UHGV virus genome: UHGV-1363914
Length of the DNA: 40,153 nucleotides
Reading direction: 5' to 3' (one strand)
Origin: a virus
Below, in pieces: positions 16,979 to 26,181 of the stretch. The notes beneath the pieces were generated by a model that saw nothing but the letters and a program-made list of their open reading frames with translations, was not told the origin of the DNA and searched no databases. The position numbers were made by a program, and so were the translations under genes. Every line of letters begins with the position of its first letter. Position 1 is the stretch's first letter.

Positions 16979-17469
16979 GATTAAGAGCACCCAAAAATTT
17001 TGAAGATCTATTAGGGCTACAGGCAATACTTGATGAGAGAATGAATAATAATAGAGAAAGAGTACTTGAAGATATTAAATTATCATTAATAGCGGAATTA
17101 ATTGAACTTAATGAGGAGACAAAATACAGTCACAAAACTTGGAAAACTAAGGAATACAATAGAGATAAAGAACTAGAAGAACTGACTGATGTTTATTTCT
17201 TTTTTGCACAGTTAATAAATAATAAAAGCAGAGATGGTAGGTTTCAAATAGAGCCTTATTGTAAAGAATTTGAAATTTTCCCAGATTATTATGCTGGAGC
17301 ATATTTTACTGGATTAATATACAATTTACTAGATAACAAATTTAGATGGTTTTTCTGTAGCTTGTTAACTCTTTCTGTAAAACTAGGCTATACAAAAGAA
17401 GATATTTTAAATTGCTATTGGGAAAAGTGGCAAAAGAATATGAAAAGAATTGGTAAGGAGTGGAATTGA
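16975..17469 (+). CDS. all-alpha NTP pyrophosphohydrolase / dimeric dUTPase-like protein
   Basis: LLGLQAILDERMNNNRE...LSLIAELIELNEETK...ELEELTDVYFFFAQL resembles dimeric dUTPase/MazG-like phage proteins, which commonly follow the SNF2 helicase in this module. Confidence 0.4.
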   Translation: MRLRAPKNFEDLLGLQAILDERMNNNRERVLEDIKLSLIAELIELNEETKYSHKTWKTKEYNRDKELEELTDVYFFFAQLINNKSRDGRFQIEPYCKEFEIFPDYYAGAYFTGLIYNLLDNKFRWFFCSLLTLSVKLGYTKEDILNCYWEKWQKNMKRIGKEWN

Positions 17470-17909
17470 TGATAACAAAAGAACAAAAGATAATTTTTAG
17501 AAAGATGGAAGAAATATTAAGAAACTATCCAAAGTATCAGAAAAGAATAGAAGTAGAAATAGAAAATTTAAAAAATCCACAAATAAAAAAATCATGTGGA
17601 CCTGGTGGACAAGGTGGGAACAGCTATGATTATAAAAGTGAAGTAGAGCAGATAGAAGAATTAAAACAAAGAATTTCTAATAACATAAGTCGTTATGAGG
17701 AAATAATTTTTAGGATAGATGAGTGTTTGAGTATGGTTAAAGACCATAAAGATTATAGTTTTATTCAAATGAAATATTTTGACAAAATGACTTATGAGGA
17801 GATAGCTGAGAAACTTGGAGTTTCTTTAATGAGTACATATAGAATGAGAAATAATATCTTAAGTACTCTAGAAATACACTTTAAAACACAGAGATTAATA
17901 GAGTTTTAA
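17469..17909 (+). CDS. ArpU/RinA-like late transcriptional activator (sigma-70 region-4-type HTH)
   Basis: The C-terminus YFDKMTYEEIAEKLGVSLMSTYRMRNNILSTL is a region-4-like HTH. It lies immediately upstream of the packaging genes. AAGGAG sits 8 nt before the ATG at 17469. Confidence 0.6.
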   Translation: MITKEQKIIFRKMEEILRNYPKYQKRIEVEIENLKNPQIKKSCGPGGQGGNSYDYKSEVEQIEELKQRISNNISRYEEIIFRIDECLSMVKDHKDYSFIQMKYFDKMTYEEIAEKLGVSLMSTYRMRNNILSTLEIHFKTQRLIEF

Positions 17910-17916
17910 TATTACT

Positions 17917-17982
17917 TTGTTAAAACCTTGTTAAAAAGCTGTTAAAAATGCGTTATTGTACTGTTAGTTTTAATGTGTTAGT
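17917..17982 (+). promoter_or_regulatory. direct repeats TTGTTAAAA x3 (11-bp phasing) plus two TGTTAG copies: candidate activator sites / late promoter
   Basis: Repeats start at 17917, 17928 and 17940, with further TGTTAG at 17962 and 17977. They lie directly after the ArpU-like gene and upstream of the tRNA and terS. Confidence 0.4.
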
Positions 17983-18219
17983 ATGGTAGCATGTAGCAAA
18001 GTTTAAAGATTCCTCTTTAAAAATTGTGGTAGTAGTTTGAGACTCTACTATAAAAAAGTCTTGCCATAATAATGTCAATACTCTCACAGCACTTAGATGT
18101 GCAGGATACGTTCCTATGTGGGAGTTTTTTTATTGATTAGCCCACTTTCAGTATTATATTGGCTATAAACAAAAATGCGAGTCAAAGTGCACAAAGGTAG
18201 TTATTTGCTACCTTCGACT

Positions 18220-18304
18220 GGAGAGTTACATTAATGGTAAATGAGCAGTCTGCTAAGCTGTTGTCCTGATGGACTTATAGGTTCGAGTCCTATACTCTCC
18301 TCCA
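18220..18304 (+). tRNA. tRNA-Ser (anticodon GCU), class II with a long variable arm
   Basis: Manual fold: acceptor GGAGAGT/ACTCTCC (7 bp). D-stem CATT/AATG with a GG-containing D-loop. Anticodon stem GCAGT/GCTGT with loop CT-GCT-AA (U33 present). 15-nt variable arm with GTCC/GGAC stem. T-arm ATAGG-TTCGAGT-CCTAT. Discriminator T then an encoded CCA. Confidence 0.75.
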
Positions 18305-18403
18305 AATAAAGATATAAAAGTTTAAAAAGTTCTAAAATAGAACATATTGAAAGATTATAACAGATATCAATTGGCGAAATAGGTTCTTTCAGAATATAAA
18401 AAA

Positions 18404-18433
18404 GCCGAGAGGGTCTCGCGAGTCCCGAGCTCC
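18404..18433. other. GC-rich near-palindrome (GGGTCTCGCGAGTCCC core): candidate cos site
   Basis: GCCGAGAGGGTCTCGCGAGTCCCGAGCTCC is a strongly GC-rich island in an AT-rich genome. It contains the 8-bp palindrome CTCGCGAG within a 16-bp imperfect palindrome, about 60 bp upstream of a lambda Nu1-like terS. Confidence 0.4.
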
Positions 18434-18484
18434 ATCTGAATATTGACCAAAAATTTAACAATTTCCGTTCCAAAGGAGTGAAAA

Positions 18485-19063
18485 ATGAACACAAATGAAA
18501 AAATCGTTAGCAGCCCTGAACTTGCAGAAATGTTTGGGGTGAGTGATAGATATATCCGTATGCTTGCACAAGACGGCATTGTAAAGAAAAGTGGAGCTAG
18601 AGGTAAATATTTACTCGTTGAGAGTGTAAAAGGTTTCATTGAGTTTGTTAAAGAACAAAACTCAGCTGATGTTGATTTGAAAGACACAAAACTCAAAAAA
18701 GAAACTGAAAAAATTGAAAAAGATATAGAGCTAAAAAGTATAAAAATATCAGAATTGAAAAATGAACTGCATTCAGCAGAGATAGTTAAGAAAGTTATGA
18801 CAGTTATGCTTACAAATTTAAAGGGTAAATTGTTAGCAGTTCCTAACAAAATTGCCCCTTTGATTGTGGGTTGCGATAATCTTGGAGATATCCAGGATAT
18901 AGTTTTGAGTTCTATAGAAGATGTTTTGCTGGAGTTAAGTGATTATAGCCCAGAGTTATTTAAAAATAAAAATATAATCCTGGAAGATGAAGAAGAGGTG
19001 GAAGATGAAAAAAGCAAAGGAAAAGGATCTAATAGAAAATCCAAGTCTAAGAAAAACAATTAA
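18485..19063 (+). CDS. terminase small subunit, lambda Nu1-like
   Basis: The N-terminal wHTH SPELAEMFGVSDRYIRMLAQDGIVKKSGARGKYLLVESVKGFIEFV parallels lambda Nu1 (KKQLADIFGASIRTIQNWQEQGMPV...GKGNEVLYDSAAVIKWY). It is followed by a gpA-type large subunit. Confidence 0.7.
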   Translation: MNTNEKIVSSPELAEMFGVSDRYIRMLAQDGIVKKSGARGKYLLVESVKGFIEFVKEQNSADVDLKDTKLKKETEKIEKDIELKSIKISELKNELHSAEIVKKVMTVMLTNLKGKLLAVPNKIAPLIVGCDNLGDIQDIVLSSIEDVLLELSDYSPELFKNKNIILEDEEEVEDEKSKGKGSNRKSKSKKNN

Positions 19064-20831
19064 TCTATTTGCTGACATATTCCAAACATTGAAGCCTCCT
19101 CCAAAGTTGACTATAGATACTTGGGCTGATTCGTATAGGATTTTAAGTTCTAAGACATCAGCTGAACCTGGAAGATGGAAAACAGATAGAGTACCTTTTC
19201 AAAGAGAAGTAATGAAAGCTATCTCAGATAAAAAAACAAGTAAAATTGTAATGATGTATGGAGCTCAGTTATCTAAGACTGAAATTTTACTGAATGTTTT
19301 TGGTTATTACGCCGATTATGACCCTGCTCCTATCATGTATCTTTTGCCAACTAAAGATTTAGCAGAAGATTTTTCTAGTACAAGACTTGATGACATGATA
19401 CAAAGTACACCTCAACTTAGAAATAAAATATTGAATAAGGTTGATGGTAGAGATACAAAATTACAAAAGGAATTTGTTGGTGGATATATCACACTTGTTG
19501 GAAGTAATTCAGCAGCAGAATTATCAAGCAGACCTCTTAGAATATTACTTGCTGATGAAGTAGACAGATTCAAAAGTGATGTTGGAGGAGAGGGTGATCC
19601 TTTAAACTTAGTGATAGAAAGAACAAAAACTTTCTGGAATAAGAAAATAGTTATAACAAGCACACCTACAATCAAAGGGGAATCAAGAATAGAAAAAGAA
19701 TATGAAAATTCAACAAAAGAAGAATTTTATATACCTTGTCCTAAGTGTGGTTCTTTTCAAAAATTAGAATGGAGAAATATAGTTTTTGAACCTGTTGGGC
19801 ATAAATGTTCCGATTGTTTAGAAATATCCTCTGAACATGAGTGGAAAAGAAATATGATTCATGGAATATGGCAATCACAAGAAGAAATTGAGGATTGGAG
19901 TGTTAGAGGTTTTCATATTTCGGAGTTATACAGTCCTTTTTCAACCTGGCCAGAAATTATAAAAAAATTCAAAGCAGCAAAAGGTAATGCTCAGATGATG
20001 AAAGTATTTACTAATACTTGTCTTGGTCAAACATGGGAAGAAAAAGTAGAAAAAATTGATTTTTTGGATATTTCAAAAAGAAAAGAAGAATATAGTGCTG
20101 AAATTCCTAACCAAGTTCAAGTTTTAACTGCTGGTGTTGACATTCAAGACGATAGATTAGAAATTGAAGTTGTAGGTTGGGGATTAGGTGAAGAATCTTG
20201 GGGAATTTATTATAAACAGTTTATAGGCTCTCCTGGACAAAATGATGTATGGGAACAATTGGATAGATTTTTGGAAACTGAGTTTAGTTATGATAATGGA
20301 GAAAAGATAAGAATTTTATGTACTTGTATAGATACTGGGGGCCATTATACTCAGGAAGCATATCAATACATCAAGCCGAGAGAATTTAGAAGAGTATTTG
20401 GAGTAAAAGGGAAAGGCGGAGATGGGGTAGCTTTTGTATCTAAACCATCAAGAACAAATAGAATGCAAATATCCTTATTTACACTTGGAGTAAATACTGG
20501 TAAAGAAACAATACTTGCTAGATTGAAAATAAATGAACCTGGTTCTATGTATATGCACTTTCCAAGTAATATAGATAGGGGATATGATGAAGTATATTTT
20601 AAAGGATTAACATCTGAGGTTAAGACAACTGTATGGGAAAAAGGAGTTAAAAAGACTATATGGAAAGTTATAGGAACAAAAAGAAATGAGCCTTTGGATT
20701 TAAGAAACTATGCTTATGCAGCATTAAAAATAGCAAATCCAAACTTAAATAAAAAATATACTGTTGAAGCAACCAAAAAGAATGTGAAGGTACAAAAAAG
20801 AAGAGTTTTATCAAAAGGAGTGAGCTTATAA
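18987..20831 (+). CDS. terminase large subunit, lambda gpA family
   Basis: Strong gpA-like stretches: GRWKTDRVPFQREVMKAISD, VFTNTCLGQTWEEK, VLTAGVDIQDDRLEIEVVGWGLGEESW. The start is either 18987 or the ATG at 19005, which has a GAGGTGG RBS. Confidence 0.85.
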   Translation: MKKRWKMKKAKEKDLIENPSLRKTINLFADIFQTLKPPPKLTIDTWADSYRILSSKTSAEPGRWKTDRVPFQREVMKAISDKKTSKIVMMYGAQLSKTEILLNVFGYYADYDPAPIMYLLPTKDLAEDFSSTRLDDMIQSTPQLRNKILNKVDGRDTKLQKEFVGGYITLVGSNSAAELSSRPLRILLADEVDRFKSDVGGEGDPLNLVIERTKTFWNKKIVITSTPTIKGESRIEKEYENSTKEEFYIPCPKCGSFQKLEWRNIVFEPVGHKCSDCLEISSEHEWKRNMIHGIWQSQEEIEDWSVRGFHISELYSPFSTWPEIIKKFKAAKGNAQMMKVFTNTCLGQTWEEKVEKIDFLDISKRKEEYSAEIPNQVQVLTAGVDIQDDRLEIEVVGWGLGEESWGIYYKQFIGSPGQNDVWEQLDRFLETEFSYDNGEKIRILCTCIDTGGHYTQEAYQYIKPREFRRVFGVKGKGGDGVAFVSKPSRTNRMQISLFTLGVNTGKETILARLKINEPGSMYMHFPSNIDRGYDEVYFKGLTSEVKTTVWEKGVKKTIWKVIGTKRNEPLDLRNYAYAALKIANPNLNKKYTVEATKKNVKVQKRRVLSKGVSL

Positions 20832-21055
20832 TGGCATATACAAGAGAAGATTGCTTACATATGATAGAGGCATATAAAAAAGCTGAATTAGCAGTATTAT
20901 CTGGAAAGAGTTATAAAATAGGAACAAGAGAACTTGAAAGAGAAGATTTATCTGAAATTAGAAAAGGAAGAGCCTTCTGGGAAGGTGAACTAGACAAGTT
21001 AAACAATAATGGAAGAAAAAAATTAGGAAGAAGAGTAATACCTAGAGATTTATAA
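20831..21055 (+). CDS. head-tail joining protein, lambda gpW-like
   Basis: The size (74 aa), the position between terL and portal, and an AELAVLSGKSYKIGTRE...DLSEI..GRAFWEGEL pattern all resemble gpW. Confidence 0.6.
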   Translation: MAYTREDCLHMIEAYKKAELAVLSGKSYKIGTRELEREDLSEIRKGRAFWEGELDKLNNNGRKKLGRRVIPRDL

Positions 21056-21097
21056 GGAGTGAAATACTTCTTTTTTTATCGCAAAAGGAGGTGAAAA

Positions 21098-22657
21098 ATG
21101 AATATATTAGATAAAGCAATAGCTTTTTTTAGTCCAGAAAAGGCTCTTGAAAGAGAAGTTGCTAGAAAAAAAATAGAAATTCTAAACACAGGATACTCAA
21201 ATCATGGGGCGTCTACAACAAAAAGTTCTATGAAAGGTTGGATTTCAACAGGTGGTGGAGTTAAAAAAGACATCTACAAGAACAGAAAAAAGCTAGTTGA
21301 AAGGTCAAGGGACTTGTATATGGGAGCTCCTGTTGCTCAAGGAGTTATGAAAACTATTAATTCTAACGTGATTGGTAGTGGGTTGAAGTTAAAATCATCT
21401 ATTGATTACGAAGTTTTAGGAATTAGTGAAGAAGAAGCTGAAACTATTGAAACTACAATTGAAAAAGAATTCAAATTATGGGCAGACAATAAGATTGAAC
21501 AGATGGGAGTTCTTAATTTTGACCAAATCCAAGATTTAGTATTCTTAACTATTCTCCTAAATGGCGAGTGCTTTGTGAAATTTAACTATTTTCTAACACC
21601 TAAGAATCCATATAGCCTAAAACTACAGATAATTGAGCCTGATAGAGTTATGACACCTTCTATATTGCAAAATGATGAGAGTATTGTTGACGGAGTAAAA
21701 ATCGATAGCAATAATAGAATCTCTGGATATTATATTGCAAGAAAGCACCCACTCGATGTATCAGGAAATGTAGAAACTGACTTTATTTCAGTTTATGGAA
21801 AAGAAGAACAGTTAAACATTCTACACATAATGCTAGCTGAAAGACCTGAACAAGTCAGAGGTATACCTATTTTGTCTCCAGTAATTGAAGCTTTAAAGCA
21901 ACTGGATAGATATACTGACGCAGAACTTATGGCGGCAGTTGTAAGTGGGATGTATGCGATATTTATTGAAAGTGATAAGGACAATGCACAAGGGGCTAAT
22001 ATTGCAGACCATGAAGTCTTAGATGAAACAGAGCAAATAGATAGTTCTAATGATGAAACTATAGAACTAACCCCAGGTTTAGTACAGGGGCTTAATCCTG
22101 GAGAAAAGGTTGTCGCAACCAATCCTGGTAGACCTAATGCACAGTTCGACCCTTTTGTTACTTCAATTTTAAGGCAAATAGGAGCTGCTTTAGAAGTTCC
22201 TTACGAGTTACTAATCAAGCATTTTACTGCTAGTTATTCAGCGAGTAGAGCTGCTTTATTGGAAGCTTGGAAGATGTTTAGAAAGAGAAGAGATTGGTTC
22301 TCTAGCAATTTTACACAAGTAGTATATGAAGAATGGTTAAGAGAAGCTTATTTGCTAGGTAGAGTAGATATGAAAAACTATGGAGAAGATCCATTGCTAA
22401 CAAAAGCTTGGAGTGGAGCTCAATGGAATGGACCTAGTCAAGGACAACTTGACCCACTTAAAGAAGTTAAAGCAAGTACATTAAGAGTTCAACAAGGATT
22501 CTCTACTAGAACAAAAGAAACTGTCGAGCTTAACGGGGGTGATTTTGAGCAAAATGTAAGAATCTTAGCAAAAGAAAATAAATTATTAGAAGAAAAAGGA
22601 GTGATGATTAACAATGCCGAAAATGACAAAGAAGTTTTGGAACATAATGAAGAATGA
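21098..22657 (+). CDS. portal protein, lambda gpB family
   Basis: Size and position fit, and RBS AAAGGAGGTG. Lambda-type portal features (e.g. GVLNFDQIQDLVFLTILLNGECFV). Confidence 0.8.
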   Translation: MNILDKAIAFFSPEKALEREVARKKIEILNTGYSNHGASTTKSSMKGWISTGGGVKKDIYKNRKKLVERSRDLYMGAPVAQGVMKTINSNVIGSGLKLKSSIDYEVLGISEEEAETIETTIEKEFKLWADNKIEQMGVLNFDQIQDLVFLTILLNGECFVKFNYFLTPKNPYSLKLQIIEPDRVMTPSILQNDESIVDGVKIDSNNRISGYYIARKHPLDVSGNVETDFISVYGKEEQLNILHIMLAERPEQVRGIPILSPVIEALKQLDRYTDAELMAAVVSGMYAIFIESDKDNAQGANIADHEVLDETEQIDSSNDETIELTPGLVQGLNPGEKVVATNPGRPNAQFDPFVTSILRQIGAALEVPYELLIKHFTASYSASRAALLEAWKMFRKRRDWFSSNFTQVVYEEWLREAYLLGRVDMKNYGEDPLLTKAWSGAQWNGPSQGQLDPLKEVKASTLRVQQGFSTRTKETVELNGGDFEQNVRILAKENKLLEEKGVMINNAENDKEVLEHNEE

Positions 22658-23690
22658 AGAAGCTAAAAGTGCCGATATCGTAATGTATGGGGCTATTGGC
22701 TCTGATGAATATTGGGATGATGTGTGTGACAAAACGATTAAAGAAGAAATCGGAAATTTAGGTGCTGTGGAAAATATAAATGTGCACATTAACTCACCTG
22801 GTGGAAGTGTATTTGCTGCAGTGGCGATAGCTAACACATTGAAAAATCACAAGGCTAAAGTTACAGCATTTATCGATGGACTTGCAGCAAGTGCGGCAAC
22901 TATTATAACTAGTGCTTGTGACGTAGTAAAAATGCCAAAAAATGCTCTGTTTATGATACATAACCCATTAACATGGGCTTATGGAAACAAGCAAGAGCTA
23001 GAAAAGACTGGAGTTCTTTTAGATAAGGTTAAAGATAGTATTTTAGAAACTTACTTAGCTAAAGCTAAAGATAAGACTAAAGAAGAGCTATCTGCACTTA
23101 TGGATGAAGAAAAATGGTTCAATGCAGAAGAAGCTAAAGAGTATGGGTTTGTTGACGAGATAGTAGGAGAAGTGGAAAATTTACAAAATGTTAATAATTT
23201 ACTAATTGTAAATAGTCTAGCATTTGATATTTCTAAATTTAAAAATTTTCCTGGATCTAATCCTACAGAACCAGTAACAGGACCTGTTCCAGAGCCAACT
23301 CAAAATACAGCTACAAACACAGAAGAAATGAGTGTAGAGAAGTTCAAAGCAACTTATCCAGAACTGTATGAAAATATAGTTAATTCAGCAATTCAAGGAG
23401 AAAGAAATAGAATTGAAGCGATTGAAAATCTCGAAATAGCAGGATTTGATGATGTTGTAAGCACAGCTAAATTTAAAGAACCAGTTGATGCTGCAAATCT
23501 AGCATTAAAAATATTAAACATCAAAAAAGAAAAGAATAAAGAGACTCTTAAAAACATACAAGAAGAGAGTCAAGCAACAGCAGTACCAGTAGCTCCAAAA
23601 GCAGAAGCAGGGGAAACAGGAACAGTTGTAGGAATACCATTAAACAATATTTTAAAGTATATGAATAAAAAGACAGGAGGTACAAAATGA
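22614..23690 (+). CDS. head maturation protease (ClpP/S49-like) with a C-terminal scaffold-like domain
   Basis: IVMYGAIGSD...VHINSPGGSVFAAVAIANTL...AFIDGLAASAATIITSACD...MIHNP is a ClpP/S49 protease core. The acidic/helical C-terminus is in the lambda C/Nu3 position. Confidence 0.75.
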   Translation: MPKMTKKFWNIMKNEEAKSADIVMYGAIGSDEYWDDVCDKTIKEEIGNLGAVENINVHINSPGGSVFAAVAIANTLKNHKAKVTAFIDGLAASAATIITSACDVVKMPKNALFMIHNPLTWAYGNKQELEKTGVLLDKVKDSILETYLAKAKDKTKEELSALMDEEKWFNAEEAKEYGFVDEIVGEVENLQNVNNLLIVNSLAFDISKFKNFPGSNPTEPVTGPVPEPTQNTATNTEEMSVEKFKATYPELYENIVNSAIQGERNRIEAIENLEIAGFDDVVSTAKFKEPVDAANLALKILNIKKEKNKETLKNIQEESQATAVPVAPKAEAGETGTVVGIPLNNILKYMNKKTGGTK

Positions 23691-24022
23691 GCTTTATAGA
23701 AGATGGTAAAAAATATGGAGTAGACCAAATATTAAGTGGAACAGGGCATAAGGTTATGGAATTAGAAGTGCCACAAGGGAAATCAGTTAAGAGAGGACAA
23801 GCGGTAAATGCAAGTGCAGAATTATCTGATGGAACAGATTTATTTGGTATAGTTTTAGAAACAGCTGATGGAACTACAGCTAAGACTAAAACTACAGTTG
23901 TAGTGTTTGGAGAAGTTATTTTCGAAGGACTTGAATTAAAAGCAGCAACAGTAAAAGCAGACTTTATCAAAAAAGCAAGAGATAAAGGAATAATAGTGAA
24001 AGAATTAGGAGGTAGATATTAA
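23687..24022 (+). CDS. head decoration protein, lambda gpD-like
   Basis: 111 aa. GIVLETADGTTAKTKTTVVVFGEVIFEGL parallels lambda gpD [25 protein letters not shown]. It sits directly before the major capsid gene. Confidence 0.5.
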   Translation: MSFIEDGKKYGVDQILSGTGHKVMELEVPQGKSVKRGQAVNASAELSDGTDLFGIVLETADGTTAKTKTTVVVFGEVIFEGLELKAATVKADFIKKARDKGIIVKELGGRY

Positions 24023-25035
24023 TGGCAGTATTAATCGATTTTTTAGGAGTATATGACCAGTCAGTTATAAAACCAAAGACATTTATCAGAGACATGTTTT
24101 TTGCAAAACATGAAACTCATGAATATCCAAAATGGGAAATTGAGTATAGAAAAGGTAGACAATTAGTAGCTCCTTTCGTGTCTGAATTAATCCCAGGAAC
24201 AGAAGTGGTAAAAAGAAGTTATGCATCTAAATACTACTCTGCACCAAAAGTAGCACCAAAGAAAACATTCTCTGCACAAGAAATTTATTTTGCTAAATCA
24301 GCTGGAGAAACTATTTATGGTGGAATATCTCCAGAAGAAAAAAAAGCAAAATTAATTGGAGAAGCATTTGCAGACTTTGAAGACCAAATCTCAAGAAGAG
24401 AAGAATTAATGTGCATTGACTTAATGTTCAAGGGTTCTATAGTAGTAAAAGGAGAAGGAATTGAAGATAAAATAGAGTATGGAACAATTCAAGAAATCAC
24501 ACCTACTACATTATGGAATCAACCAAATGCAGATATTTCAGGGGACATAGAATCTGTAATTACATTAATAGGAGAAACTACAGGTCAAAAAGTTGAGCAC
24601 ATAGTAATGGATCCAGTTGCAGCAAGACTATTCACTCAAAATGAGAAAATAGCTAAATTATTAGATGTCAAAAATGCTAATTTTGGACAAATAGACCCTA
24701 AAGAATTAGCAAGTGGAGCAATATATATTGGAACATTAGCCCCTTATAATATCCCTATTTATTCATACCAAACTCAACATTCAGTGTTAAAACCTGATGG
24801 AAAATCATATGATACAGTGAAAATGATTCCAGAAGGAAGAGTATTATTTGCTCCATCTAATAATACTTTACATTATGGACCAGCAGCAGATATAGCTAAA
24901 GGGATAATAGTTGCAGAAAGAGTACCTTTTGAAGATGAAGATACAAAAGTTAATACTCTTGAAGTAAGAACAGAATCAAGACCTTTACCTGTTCCATTTG
25001 ATATAGATGCAATAAAGGTTTTAAAAGTTAAATAA
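24022..25035 (+). CDS. major capsid protein, lambda gpE family
   Basis: Its size (337 aa) and its position after the protease and decoration genes fit. The overall pattern is consistent with Phage_cap_E. Confidence 0.7.
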   Translation: MAVLIDFLGVYDQSVIKPKTFIRDMFFAKHETHEYPKWEIEYRKGRQLVAPFVSELIPGTEVVKRSYASKYYSAPKVAPKKTFSAQEIYFAKSAGETIYGGISPEEKKAKLIGEAFADFEDQISRREELMCIDLMFKGSIVVKGEGIEDKIEYGTIQEITPTTLWNQPNADISGDIESVITLIGETTGQKVEHIVMDPVAARLFTQNEKIAKLLDVKNANFGQIDPKELASGAIYIGTLAPYNIPIYSYQTQHSVLKPDGKSYDTVKMIPEGRVLFAPSNNTLHYGPAADIAKGIIVAERVPFEDEDTKVNTLEVRTESRPLPVPFDIDAIKVLKVK

Positions 25036-25046
25036 GGAGGGGTAAT

Positions 25047-25280
25047 ATGAAATTAAAAGTTATTCAATCACTAATTTATGGTGGAATAGTTTATAATTCT
25101 GGTGAAGTAGTAGATATATTAGAATCAGATATCATAGAAAGAGTTAAAACCCTTGAACTTGTAGAATCAGAAGAAGTTGAAGAAACTACTGAAGAAAACA
25201 CAGAAGTTGAAGAAACTACTGAAGAAAACACAGAAGTTGAAGAAGCTAATAAAAATTCAAAAAAATCTAAAAGGGCTTAA
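25047..25280 (+). CDS. small acidic protein with an internal tandem repeat (TTEENTEVEE x2)
   Basis: ORF with an AAGGAGG RBS. A 30-bp DNA tandem repeat at about 25174-25247 encodes the repeated peptide. It is in the lambda FI position. Confidence 0.45.
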   Translation: MKLKVIQSLIYGGIVYNSGEVVDILESDIIERVKTLELVESEEVEETTEENTEVEETTEENTEVEEANKNSKKSKRA

Positions 25281-25282
25281 AT

Positions 25283-25615
25283 ATGGGCTTTAAAGAAGAA
25301 GTAGCTAGTGATATGGTAAGTGTTTTTCTGAATTTAGAAGAGTTTGGAGATACACATACTATAGGAAAAAAAGAAACTATCTGTGTTATCGATGAAGAAA
25401 GATTTCAGAATAAGCAAAGAAATAGAACTAAATCTTTAGAGAATGACGGGTTATTTATCGAAGGTATGACACTTTTTATAGAAAAGTCCTTCTTTAAATA
25501 CCCACCTCATTCTGGAGAAAAAATCTTAGTAGATGGAGTTAGATATTTAGTAGAAGAAACTAAGGAAGACATGGGTTTACTAGAGATAGACTTAACGAGG
25601 TATGATGAAAAATGA
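25283..25615 (+). CDS. head-tail adaptor / head-closure protein (lambda FII-position)
   Basis: The C-terminal GEKILVDGVRYLVEETKEDMGLLEIDL resembles head-tail joining family endings (G..y.I........G...l.L). Confidence 0.4.
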   Translation: MGFKEEVASDMVSVFLNLEEFGDTHTIGKKETICVIDEERFQNKQRNRTKSLENDGLFIEGMTLFIEKSFFKYPPHSGEKILVDGVRYLVEETKEDMGLLEIDLTRYDEK

Positions 25616-26181
25616 TAGGAATTAAAGTTGAAACTACTGGAATAAATGAAGTTATCAATACTCTTGGAAAGTATGAGAGCGAGCTACCAGGTTGTATTTC
25701 AAGGGCTATTAATCGTTCACTTGAGATGGTAAAAACTGAGCAAATCAGAAAGACAACGGAGTCTTATTTTGCACAAAAAAGTAAATTGCTTAGTAGTGTT
25801 AATGTCTTTAAAACTAGTAAAAGTAATTTGACAGGCTCTAACATAAGTAGCGGTAGAGTTATAGGTTTAGACCATTTTAAGTTAAATCCTAAGACTAGGA
25901 TAAAAGGAAAAATAGTTCAAGCAGCTGTTAAAAAAGGTGGATACAAATCTTTACCAAATGCTTTTATAGCATATAAGAGTGGAAAACTTGGAGCTTTTGA
26001 AAGAACAGGTAAATTCATTACAAAAAATGGTAGAAAAAGAGAAACTATAAAAAGACTTATGTCAGTTTCAGCACCTCAAATGCTTGGAAACTTGTCTATT
26101 TTAGAATATCTACAAGGCTATGCAGATGAAAAATTCAGAATGAGATTAGAGCATGAAATAAACAGGGTGATAGGATTATGA
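25612..26181 (+). CDS. head-tail connector / tail-completion protein (HK97 gp10-like?)
   Basis: It lies between the capsid and sheath genes. Assignment rests on position and size. Confidence 0.35.
   Translation: MIGIKVETTGINEVINTLGKYESELPGCISRAINRSLEMVKTEQIRKTTESYFAQKSKLLSSVNVFKTSKSNLTGSNISSGRVIGLDHFKLNPKTRIKGKIVQAAVKKGGYKSLPNAFIAYKSGKLGAFERTGKFITKNGRKRETIKRLMSVSAPQMLGNLSILEYLQGYADEKFRMRLEHEINRVIGL

Noticed and set aside
18231-18849. Minus-strand ORFs 18231-18494 and 18367-18849
   Set aside because: They run antisense through the tRNA, the cos-like element and terS, and are incompatible with those better-supported features.
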